A stretch of 32,000 bases of DNA from an uncultured Opitutales bacterium (GTDB taxonomy: Bacteria; Verrucomicrobiota; Verrucomicrobiia; Opitutales; Intestinicryptomonadaceae): assembly GCA_934660865.1 (NCBI GenBank), contig CAKUIA010000010.1, positions 30,001 to 62,000 on the forward strand, given 5' to 3'. Both the position numbers and the translations under genes were made by a program. The notes under the pieces were generated by a model. The model saw nothing but the letters and a program-made list of their open reading frames with translations, made no database searches and had not been told where the DNA came from. Positions 8,212 through 16,186 of the stretch are shown here, one piece after another. Positions within the stretch are counted from its first letter, which is position 1. Each line of letters starts with the position of its first letter.

Positions 8212-9344
8212 AGCAGTGTAGCCTTTATTTTAATGGGTTTGTTCCACGAGCGCAGGCAGTTTACAAGCAGCCCCGCAAAAACGAACATCGCCACAAGGTT
8301 CGAGCCTCCGTAGCTTAAAAACGGAAGCGAAATTCCCTTTGTAGGGAACATTCCCGTAACGACACCCATATTGAAAATGGATTGCAGTGTTATCATAAGC
8401 ATGGAGCCCGCGGCTATGTACAGCTCGAAAATATTAGGGGCTTTTTTTAGCCTGGAAACGACAATCAAAAACATTGCTAAAAAGGCGGCCACAACCAAAA
8501 GGGTAAACACAAGGCCGAGCTCTTCGCCCACTATGGCAAAGATAAAGTCGGTGTGCGCTTCGGGCAAAAAGAACTGCTGTTGGCGGCCCTGGCCTAAGCC
8601 CGCGCCGTCTACGCCGCCCGCACCGAAGCCCAATATTGCCTGGTAAAGCTGGTATGCGCCGTCTAGCTTGTTGTTTTCCAAATCCAAATAGCTTGTAAGC
8701 CTTGCCCAGCGCACGGGGTCGAAATAGACCAAAGTTAAAATGCCCGCAACGCCCACTATGAAAATTGCGATTATATACAAAAACTTTGTGCCCGCCAAAA
8801 ATATCATGCTAAGCGACACAATGGCACACAGCGTTGCCGTGCCGAAATCGGGCTCGATTATTATGAGAAAAAAGAAAAGGCCTGCAATGGCCATAGGGTA
8901 TGCAAAGCCCTTCAAAAAGGTTTTCATATACCTTTGGTTGTTTTGCAAATACCAGGCCATCAGCACGACAAGCGCAATCTTGCCTATATCGCTGGGTTGG
9001 AATGTAATGGGGCCTATTTCTATCCAGCGGCGCGCGCCGTTTACAACCTTGCCTACGTGCGGAATGGCCACTGCAATAAGCGTTAAAACCGAAAATACGC
9101 CGAAGTGCAGGGCGTATTTTTTTAAGAGGTTTAGATTTATGAAAGCCGCCGCCGTTCCTATTAAAGTGGCAATTACAAGCCAAGTTGCCTGCTTTTTAAA
9201 GAACACCAGCGAATCTTCCTTTGCCGACCCCGCGCTTATAAGGATAACCAAGCCCAAAGTGGTAAGGAAGATTACGAAAAGCAAAAACAACAGCCACGAC
9301 GGAATTGGAGGCTTACCCTCGGTCTTTTGTTTTTCTCTTCTCAT
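8208..9344 (-). CDS. ftsW: SEDS-family lipid II flippase / peptidoglycan polymerase FtsW
   Basis: 378 aa, about 10 hydrophobic segments. SEDS motifs FQPSDIGK, PEAHTDFIF and LPFLSYGGS. Confidence 0.9.
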   Translation of the reverse strand: MRREKQKTEGKPPIPSWLLFLLFVIFLTTLGLVILISAGSAKEDSLVFFKKQATWLVIATLIGTAAAFINLNLLKKYALHFGVFSVLTLIAVAIPHVGKVVNGARRWIEIGPITFQPSDIGKIALVVLMAWYLQNNQRYMKTFLKGFAYPMAIAGLFFFLIIIEPDFGTATLCAIVSLSMIFLAGTKFLYIIAIFIVGVAGILTLVYFDPVRWARLTSYLDLENNKLDGAYQLYQAILGFGAGGVDGAGLGQGRQQQFFLPEAHTDFIFAIVGEELGLVFTLLVVAAFLAMFLIVVSRLKKAPNIFELYIAAGSMLMITLQSIFNMGVVTGMFPTKGISLPFLSYGGSNLVAMFVFAGLLVNCLRSWNKPIKIKATLL

Positions 9345-9375
9345 TTCAAATGTATGGGTGCTTTCTTTTTTTAGA

Positions 9376-10578
9376 TTATATTTCTATAACTTCGTCTTCG
9401 CCGGCTTTTTGTTCGGGGGCGGGAGCCGCCTGCTGAACCTGCACGGGTTGTGCGGGCTGTGCGGGTTGTGTTTGTACGGGCTTGGGCTGTTCTACAGCCT
9501 TGTTTTCGACGGGAGCTATTGCCTGCGCCTTTTGTTCGGGGGCGGGAGCGGTCTTCTGAACCTGTACGGGTTGTTGTGCCTGTATCTGCTTGGGTTGTTC
9601 TTTTTCTTCGGCTTTTACCCTTATTTTTACCGCTTGGCCGATTTTAAGCCTTTTGGGGTTAATGGAGGGGTTAAGCTTTTCTATCTGCGAAAGGCTAACC
9701 TTGTTTTTTCTGGCTATTGCGCCCAAAGTGTCGCCCTTTTGAACTTTGTATACTTCGAAATTGCCCGAAACTTCGCTTTTGGCGGCTACGCTTTGCGGTT
9801 TTGCCGAAGCTGATTTTTCCGATTTTGTTTCGGAGGCCGTCTTGCCCGACTTTTCAAGCGTAAGGGTTTGGCCTACGCGGATAATGTCGTTCTTTAAGTT
9901 GTTTAGGGCCTTTATTTGCGAAACGGTTGTATTGTGGCGCTTTGCGATTTTGCCGAGAAAGTCGCCTTTTTGCACCTTGTATTTTATGGTGTCGGTGCCT
10001 ACGCTTTCAACCGAAGCCATTGCTTGCGCTTTGGGGGCGGCTTGGTTTACCACTTCGTCGGAGTCTTTTACGGGAACGATAAGCTCCTGACCGACTTTTA
10101 TTGTGGGGCTGCTTAAGCTGTTTAGGCTTTTTATTTTCGAAACTGTTGTAGAAAACTTCCTTGCGATTTTGCCGAGCGAGTCGCCCTTGGCTACCGTATA
10201 CATTTTCGTGTTTTCGGGCAGCTGCTTTTCGCTTTTCGCCGTAAGGGTAGAGGGCGCAATCAAGCCTTCGTTTGCCTGCGCTTTGGGAGAAAGTGTAGAC
10301 GGCTCGCTTTCGACTATAACGGGCTTGTTTTTGCCGTTGTCCATCGACCAAACGGGTCTTGTTGGGTTTGCCCTTAGCGCCGAGCTGCCCTCGGGGGCTT
10401 CTTCCTGGACGGGGGTGTTTGCCTCAACCTTTTCTTCGTTTGCGGGAACTATTTCGGCGTTAACGTCTTTTTCGGTTTTTTGCTCGCTTGCCGAGTTGCA
10501 GCCCGACTGTGCGAATATAAGCAAGCCTACCGCAATATGCAGGGCGGCAATGGCCGTTATTGTAAGTGAGTTTTTCAT
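9376..10578 (-). CDS. Secreted (possibly lipidated) protein with three LysM peptidoglycan-binding domains and a P/Q/A-rich repeated C-terminus
   Basis: 400 aa. Signal peptide ending AQSGC (Cys27, non-canonical lipobox). LysM units at about aa 127-169, 200-241 and 277-321 (Y[TK]V.KGD.LG.IA[RK]...L.....I.VGQ.L). C-terminus is QPVQVQ.xAPAPEQKA x2. Confidence 0.85.
   Translation of the reverse strand: MKNSLTITAIAALHIAVGLLIFAQSGCNSASEQKTEKDVNAEIVPANEEKVEANTPVQEEAPEGSSALRANPTRPVWSMDNGKNKPVIVESEPSTLSPKAQANEGLIAPSTLTAKSEKQLPENTKMYTVAKGDSLGKIARKFSTTVSKIKSLNSLSSPTIKVGQELIVPVKDSDEVVNQAAPKAQAMASVESVGTDTIKYKVQKGDFLGKIAKRHNTTVSQIKALNNLKNDIIRVGQTLTLEKSGKTASETKSEKSASAKPQSVAAKSEVSGNFEVYKVQKGDTLGAIARKNKVSLSQIEKLNPSINPKRLKIGQAVKIRVKAEEKEQPKQIQAQQPVQVQKTAPAPEQKAQAIAPVENKAVEQPKPVQTQPAQPAQPVQVQQAAPAPEQKAGEDEVIEI
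9403..9573 (-). repeat. Two copies of a ~46-nt coding repeat, 123 nt apart, inside the LysM gene tail
   Basis: 9407..9452 and 9530..9575 match (ttttgttcgggggcgggagcNgNctNctgaacctgNacgggttgt) with 4 mismatches. They encode QPVQVQ(K/Q)(T/A)APAPEQKA at aa 336-351 and 377-392. Confidence 0.8.
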
Positions 10579-10605
10579 AGTGTGGTTATCCTTTATATAT
10601 TGAAA

Positions 10606-11880
10606 TTATACTTGCCCTTTTTGCGCGATTTTCAAACTTAAAAGCTCTTCGTCGAAACATTTTCCGCGGTGCGCGTAGCCGTCGAACATTCCGAAGCTTG
10701 AAAAGGCCGGGCTAAACAGCACATAGTCTCCGCTTTTTGCCGCGCGGTAGGCTTCGCATACGGCTTCTTTAAGCGTTGCGCAAGTTTTTGCGTTGCAGTG
10801 TCTTTCGGTAAACATTGGCTCCAGCAAAGCCGCGCTTTGGCCTATCAAAAATACGCATTTGCAATTTTCGGCAACGGTATCCGCCAAATCGCTTAAGTCG
10901 CACTTTTTGTTTTTGCCGCCGCCTATCCATATAATAGGCTTTCCCTTAAGGGCGTTTATTGCCGCTATTGTAGAGTGCGCGTTTGTGCCTTTCGAGTCGT
11001 TTATAAATGTTATGCCGTTTATTGTTCCGCTTGTGGCAAAGCGGTATTTTGCAAGGGAAAATGTTTGGGCCGCCTTTTTCAAAATTTCTTCGCCGAGCCC
11101 CAGTTTTTTAAAAAGAGCTTTTGCCAGACAGTAGTTTTCGCTTTGTATATTGTTGTCGAAGGGCTTTGGGCAACCGCTTTGCCTTTGCACAATTTCGGCA
11201 AAGTCGGGCAGGGCAACGCCGTATTTTTGGGCATAGTCGGCAACGCTTTGCCCCGCAATAAACACGGGCTTTTTAAGCATTTTTACAAGGCCGAATTTTG
11301 CGTCGAAATATTCGCGCATATCGGTGTGCCAATCCAAATGGTCTTGGTCGAAATTTGTCCAAACATAGGCTACTGGCGACATATATTTTACGCCCATAAG
11401 CTGGAATGAACTTAGCTCGCAAACTGCGGTGCAGTTTACCCCGCCGCTTTTCTCGACGCAAAATTTCGAAAGCGGAATGCCTATGTTGCCCGCGGCAACC
11501 GCGTTAATGCCCGCTTCGTTTAGGGCTTTGGCCAAAAACGATGTTGTTGTGGTTTTGCCGTTTGTGCCCGAAATTGCAATTATGTCGCCTTGCCATGCAA
11601 GCGAGGCCAAATCGGGTTCGCATAAAAGCGTTGAACCGTTTTTTCGCGCAAGCTCAACCCACTTGTGGTCGGGGCGAAATGCGGGCGAATATACCACAAG
11701 GCTGTGTTTTTTTGCGGCGCTTTCGTCGAAAAGCGGGCAGTTGTCGGCCGCGTTTTCGGAATATAAAACCGAGCCTATGCCGAGGCTGTCGAGCAGGCCT
11801 TTTGCGCACAGCGCGCTAACGCCCTTGCCGAATATAGCGGCGGGTTTGTTGTTGCAAAGCTCTTTGATTTTGTCGCTCAT
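10606..11880 (-). CDS. murD: UDP-MurNAc-L-alanine--D-glutamate ligase
   Basis: 424 aa. Mur ligase P-loop ISGTNGKTTTTS and a MurD-type N-terminal Rossmann segment. Sits after mraY with an ATGA overlap. Confidence 0.9.
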   Translation of the reverse strand: MSDKIKELCNNKPAAIFGKGVSALCAKGLLDSLGIGSVLYSENAADNCPLFDESAAKKHSLVVYSPAFRPDHKWVELARKNGSTLLCEPDLASLAWQGDIIAISGTNGKTTTTSFLAKALNEAGINAVAAGNIGIPLSKFCVEKSGGVNCTAVCELSSFQLMGVKYMSPVAYVWTNFDQDHLDWHTDMREYFDAKFGLVKMLKKPVFIAGQSVADYAQKYGVALPDFAEIVQRQSGCPKPFDNNIQSENYCLAKALFKKLGLGEEILKKAAQTFSLAKYRFATSGTINGITFINDSKGTNAHSTIAAINALKGKPIIWIGGGKNKKCDLSDLADTVAENCKCVFLIGQSAALLEPMFTERHCNAKTCATLKEAVCEAYRAAKSGDYVLFSPAFSSFGMFDGYAHRGKCFDEELLSLKIAQKGQV

Positions 11881-12980
11881 CTAAACTTTAGTGTTGCAAT
11901 TCCCATAAGGGCGAACGCAAGCGAAATTATCCAAAACCTTATTACAACCTGCGTTTCCTTCCAGCCGCCGTATTCGAAATGGTGGTGTATGGGAGTGCAC
12001 CTGAAAATTCTCTTGCCGCATAGCTTGTACGACGAAACCTGCATTATAACCGACACGGTTTCCATTACAAAAACTCCGCCTACAATTACAAGCGTCAGCG
12101 GTTGTGCGGTTAAAATTGCCATTGTGCCTATCAGCCCGCCCAGCGCCAGCGAGCCGGTGTCGCCCATAAATACCGAGGCCGGATACGCATTGTGCCACAA
12201 AAACGCCATGCTGGCCCCCACTAGGGCGGCGCACACAACGCACAGTTCGCCGCAGCCGTTTATTGCGGGCAAAAACAGGTAGTTTGCCGCAATGGCATTG
12301 CCCGCAACATAGGCGAACACGCCGTAGGCCAGCGTAGACGAAATCGTGCAGCCTATGGCCAGGCCGTCTACGCCGTCGGTAAGGTTGATTGCGTTGCTTG
12401 CCCCCGAAATTACCAAAAAGAAAAACGCGCACAAAGCCCAAACGGGCATGCCGCTTATTATCGGGCCTTTTACAAACGGCGCATACAAATCTCTTATAAC
12501 GCCCTCGTACTGGCTGTTTACCAAAACAAATACGCATGCAAGCGACACTGCAAGCTGTACCAATAGCTTTACTTTGCCGTGAACGCCCTCGCTGCTTTTC
12601 CTTTTTATTTTTAGGTAGTCGTCGGCAAAGCCCAAAATTGTGAACGAAACATACACAAAAAGCGAAACCAAAACAAGGGTGTTTAGCTGCGCCCACAGCA
12701 ACGCCGAAACGGTAAGGGCAAAAAATATTATAATGCCGCCCATTGTGGGCGTTCCCTTTTTTGCGGCGTGCAGCTCGGCAAGTTTGCCAACCTGCTCCTT
12801 TGTTCTGAAAGCCTGCCCGAACTTTATTTTGTGCAGAATGTTTATTGCATACGGCGCTATGAGAAAACCGATGAACGCCGCAAAGCAAAACGCCATAAGG
12901 CACCTAAACGACAAGTATCTAAAAAGCCTTAACGGGCCGAAAAAGTTTTCGTAGTCAGCCAAATAGTATAACATAGCCAA
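11877..12980 (-). CDS. mraY: Phospho-MurNAc-pentapeptide translocase
   Basis: 367 aa polytopic protein. Conserved GFADDYLK, NAINLTDGVDGLA, VFMGDTGSLALGG and PIHHHFE motifs. Confidence 0.95.
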   Translation of the reverse strand: MAMLYYLADYENFFGPLRLFRYLSFRCLMAFCFAAFIGFLIAPYAINILHKIKFGQAFRTKEQVGKLAELHAAKKGTPTMGGIIIFFALTVSALLWAQLNTLVLVSLFVYVSFTILGFADDYLKIKRKSSEGVHGKVKLLVQLAVSLACVFVLVNSQYEGVIRDLYAPFVKGPIISGMPVWALCAFFFLVISGASNAINLTDGVDGLAIGCTISSTLAYGVFAYVAGNAIAANYLFLPAINGCGELCVVCAALVGASMAFLWHNAYPASVFMGDTGSLALGGLIGTMAILTAQPLTLVIVGGVFVMETVSVIMQVSSYKLCGKRIFRCTPIHHHFEYGGWKETQVVIRFWIISLAFALMGIATLKFR

Positions 12981-12986
12981 ATTCCG

Positions 12987-14597
12987 TTAAAATCTTTCGA
13001 TATCCTTGTCTATTTGCATGTCTTCGCTTTCGTCGTCGAAATCGTCGTCGTCGCAAAAATGGTGCTCCTCGCTTTCGTCGTCGCTTTCGTCGATACTGTC
13101 TAAAAGGCTTTGCGCATGTGGGTGTTCGCCGTCGTTTTCGGGCAGAACGGGCTGCGCGCTTTCGCTTTCTGGCTTTTCATCGCCGGCCGCTTCTTCGGCT
13201 TTGGGGGCGCCGCCGTTTATTGCGTTTACAACGCTGTCGGGCAGGGCGTTTTCTAGGGCGTATTTGCGGCTGCCTTTTAGGAACACAAAGCCCGATGCGT
13301 TCTCCAGCAGGGGTTTTACCTCTTGTGCCGATTCGCAAACGGTTATTTCGCTTTCGTTCCAGCCGTTTTCAAGCATGGCGTCTTTGTATATGTTTGCGCT
13401 TTCGCCGACCAATATTGCCCTGTCGTTTTCGCGGTGCTGTATGTGGTTTGCAATTTCCCTATGGTAGCTTAGGGTGGAAATTCCAAGTTCGGCCATCGAG
13501 CCCAAAACAAATGTCCTTTGCGGGGCGCCTTTCGATTTCAGCTCGAAAAACTCCAGAGAGTCCTTCATCGAAGTCGGGTTTGCGTTGTAGCAGTCTATGA
13601 AATATTCGGCGTTTTCGGTGTTTGCAAACAGGTTTCTGTAGCCTACGTTTTCGGTATTTTCTATGCCCGTGTATATAAGCTCTTCCTTGCAACCCAGCAT
13701 AAGCGAAACGATTATGGCCAAAACCGCGTCTTCGGCGTTGCCCCTGCTCATAAGCGGGGTTTCGAACGAATATTCGTTGCCGCCTTCAAGGTAGATTTCT
13801 ATCGAGCACTTGTCGGGCATATAGCCTATTTGGTATCTGAACACCAAGTCGGCCTTTGTTTCGGGGGCGTCCATGGGCAGGGCTATGGCCTTTTTGCATT
13901 TAAGTTCGTCGAAAGACTTCCACGAAAGCAGGCTTGCGGGCATAACGCAGTAGCCGCCCTCGGCGCAGTGTTCGGCAAGCTTTGCCTTTTCCTTTGCAAT
14001 CTGTTTTATTTCGCCAAAGCCTGCCAAATGCGACGCCGCAACATTGGTTATAACCGCAATGTCGGGCTCTATCATCGAGGCTAAAACGTCCATTTCGCCC
14101 GGGTGCGAAACACCCGCTTCGATAACCGCCAAATTGTTGCTTTTGCAGTCGGCTTTAAGCAGGCTTAGGGCCACGCCCAGCTGGTTGTTCAGGTTTTTTT
14201 CGGAATAGCAGGGGCTGCGCCATGCAAGGATTTTCGCCAACAATTCTTTTGTGAAGGTTTTGCCGCACGAGCCCGTTACGCCCACTACGGGGTAGTCGAG
14301 CCTAAGCCTGTGCATTTTTGCAACGGTTTGCAACGCCTTTAAGGTGTCGGCAACCTGCAATACGGGAATTTCTATGCCGTCTAGCTCTTTCGAAGCTATT
14401 ATTGCGCTAGCTCCCAATTCCTGCGCCGTTTTTGCAAATTCGTGCCCGTCGCGTTCCCCTACAAGACACACAAAGGCGTCGCCTTTTTCCAGCGTGCGCG
14501 TGTCGGTGGAAAACTTGTTAATAGTTATGTCCTTAGACAGCTGTTTCCATTCGCCGCCCGTCCATATTTTCAAGTCGTTAGATTTAAAGAATGGCAT
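12987..14597 (-). CDS. murF: UDP-MurNAc-tripeptide--D-Ala-D-Ala ligase with a ~75-aa hyper-acidic C-terminal extension
   Basis: 536 aa. VGVTGSCGKTFTKE P-loop, DCYNANPTSM and FLKGSRKYALE near the normal MurF end, followed by 75 extra residues (12990..13214). Confidence 0.9.
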   Translation of the reverse strand: MPFFKSNDLKIWTGGEWKQLSKDITINKFSTDTRTLEKGDAFVCLVGERDGHEFAKTAQELGASAIIASKELDGIEIPVLQVADTLKALQTVAKMHRLRLDYPVVGVTGSCGKTFTKELLAKILAWRSPCYSEKNLNNQLGVALSLLKADCKSNNLAVIEAGVSHPGEMDVLASMIEPDIAVITNVAASHLAGFGEIKQIAKEKAKLAEHCAEGGYCVMPASLLSWKSFDELKCKKAIALPMDAPETKADLVFRYQIGYMPDKCSIEIYLEGGNEYSFETPLMSRGNAEDAVLAIIVSLMLGCKEELIYTGIENTENVGYRNLFANTENAEYFIDCYNANPTSMKDSLEFFELKSKGAPQRTFVLGSMAELGISTLSYHREIANHIQHRENDRAILVGESANIYKDAMLENGWNESEITVCESAQEVKPLLENASGFVFLKGSRKYALENALPDSVVNAINGGAPKAEEAAGDEKPESESAQPVLPENDGEHPHAQSLLDSIDESDDESEEHHFCDDDDFDDESEDMQIDKDIERF

Positions 14598-14617
14598 TTT
14601 TACCCTGTATTTTAAAT

Positions 14618-16186
14618 TTATATCAATTCCCTTAAAGAGAGCAGCTCTTCGGCAACTTTTTTGTCGTCGAAGGGTATTATGGTGTCTTTAAGCTCCTGGA
14701 AAGTTTCGTGGCCCTTGCCCGCAATGAGAATGCAGTCGCCTTCCCTTGCCTGCGAAATGGCCATATTTATGGCCCTGCGGCGGTTTTCTACAAACTCTAT
14801 TTTTGAATCGTCTACAACGCCCGTTTTCATGTCGGCAAAAATCTGGGCAATGTCTTCGCCGCGCGGGTTGTCGGAGGTTGCCCATGCAAAGTCGGCGTAT
14901 TTTTGAACGGCTGCCACCATTTTGGGGCGCTTTGTCCTGTCGCGCTTGCCGCCGCAGCCGAATACCACCAAAAGCCTTTTCTTTGTAACGCTTTTTAGCA
15001 TCGAAAGGCCGTTTTTAAGGGCGTCGTCGGTATGGGCGTAGTCTATGAAAATGTCGAAGGGCGCGTTGCTTTTTACGCGCTCCATTCTGCCGGGAACCCC
15101 CTTAAAATCGGCAAGGGTTTGTGCGGCTTTTGCAATGTCAATATCTTGTGAATAAAGCGCCGACAAAGCCGTAAGCACGTTCAAAACATTGTAGTGCCCA
15201 GGCATGGAAATCCTCAAATTTTTTACGGTGCCTTCGGGATATACCAAGTCGAAGGTTGCGCTTTGCGAATCCATCTTAAGGTTTTCGGCGCGGATAACGG
15301 CGTCTTTGTTGTTTATGGCAAAGCTTACAAGGCGCACCGATTTGTCCAGATTTTTCGCCAAATACGCGCCTTTTTCGTCGTCGATATTTATTGCGGCGCT
15401 TTTCGGCATTTTGCAAACCGAACCTTTAAAGAGCAATTCCTTGCATTTAAAATATTCGTCCATAGTCTTGTGGTAGTCGATATGGTCTTGGGTTAGGTTT
15501 GTAAAGCACGCGCAGTCTACCGAAAGCCCCTTAACGCGCGACTGCTCAAGCGAGTGCGAGCTTATTTCTATTGCCAGCGACTTGCACGAAGCGTGCCGCA
15601 TTTGGTAGAGCATTGCGTATAGTTCCAGCGAATCGGGCGTTGTTCTGCCCGCGGGAATGCAGCGGCCGCCCAAGTCGTATTGAATTGTGCCTATCATGCC
15701 GCATTTTTGTCCGAGGCGGTCGAGCATGTGCTTTATAAGCCAGCTTACGCTTGTTTTGCCGTTGGTTCCTGTGACCGCAAAGGTTTTAAGGCTTTCGTCG
15801 GGGTTTTCGTAGAATGCCTTTGCAGCCCACGCCTTGGCAAACGCCATATTTTTCACCTGTATCCAGGTGGTAGGGCAAATTTTAGGGGCTTCGTTTTCGG
15901 AAACAACGGCCACGGCCCCCCTGTGTATTGCGTCGCCTACAAACTGGTTGCCGTCGCAGTTAAAGCCCTTAACGGCAAAGAAAACCGAGCCTTCGGTTAT
16001 TCTTCTGGAATCGGCCAAAAGGGTTTTTACGGGAAGCGATTTGTCGTTTGTAACTTTTAAAGCCCCCACGCTTTTTGCCAAATCGCTTGTTGTAAAAACA
16101 ATAGACGGGCCTTTTTGCTCGGCAAAGGAAAGTCTTTTGCCGCTAAGGCATATCAGGTTTGCAAGATTTAAAAAAGTATTGTTCAT
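14618..16186 (-). CDS. murE: UDP-MurNAc-L-Ala-D-Glu--2,6-diaminopimelate ligase
   Basis: 522 aa. VTGTNGKTS P-loop, DYAHTDDAL, and a DNPR motif (14861..14872) that in characterised MurE enzymes correlates with meso-DAP specificity. Confidence 0.9.
   Translation of the reverse strand: MNNTFLNLANLICLSGKRLSFAEQKGPSIVFTTSDLAKSVGALKVTNDKSLPVKTLLADSRRITEGSVFFAVKGFNCDGNQFVGDAIHRGAVAVVSENEAPKICPTTWIQVKNMAFAKAWAAKAFYENPDESLKTFAVTGTNGKTSVSWLIKHMLDRLGQKCGMIGTIQYDLGGRCIPAGRTTPDSLELYAMLYQMRHASCKSLAIEISSHSLEQSRVKGLSVDCACFTNLTQDHIDYHKTMDEYFKCKELLFKGSVCKMPKSAAINIDDEKGAYLAKNLDKSVRLVSFAINNKDAVIRAENLKMDSQSATFDLVYPEGTVKNLRISMPGHYNVLNVLTALSALYSQDIDIAKAAQTLADFKGVPGRMERVKSNAPFDIFIDYAHTDDALKNGLSMLKSVTKKRLLVVFGCGGKRDRTKRPKMVAAVQKYADFAWATSDNPRGEDIAQIFADMKTGVVDDSKIEFVENRRRAINMAISQAREGDCILIAGKGHETFQELKDTIIPFDDKKVAEELLSLRELI

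Noticed and set aside
8740-9813. 357-aa plus-strand ORF antisense to ftsW and the LysM gene
   Set aside because: It lies entirely opposite two well-supported genes. The sequence is low-complexity, with G/L/F runs mirroring the P/Q/A repeat on the other strand. It has no recognisable motifs and no RBS. This is a typical antisense shadow ORF.
11881-12903. 340-aa same-strand alternative-frame ORF inside mraY
   Set aside because: It is extremely Arg/Cys/Gly-rich with no domain features, whereas the mraY frame carries every conserved MraY motif. It is a frame artefact.
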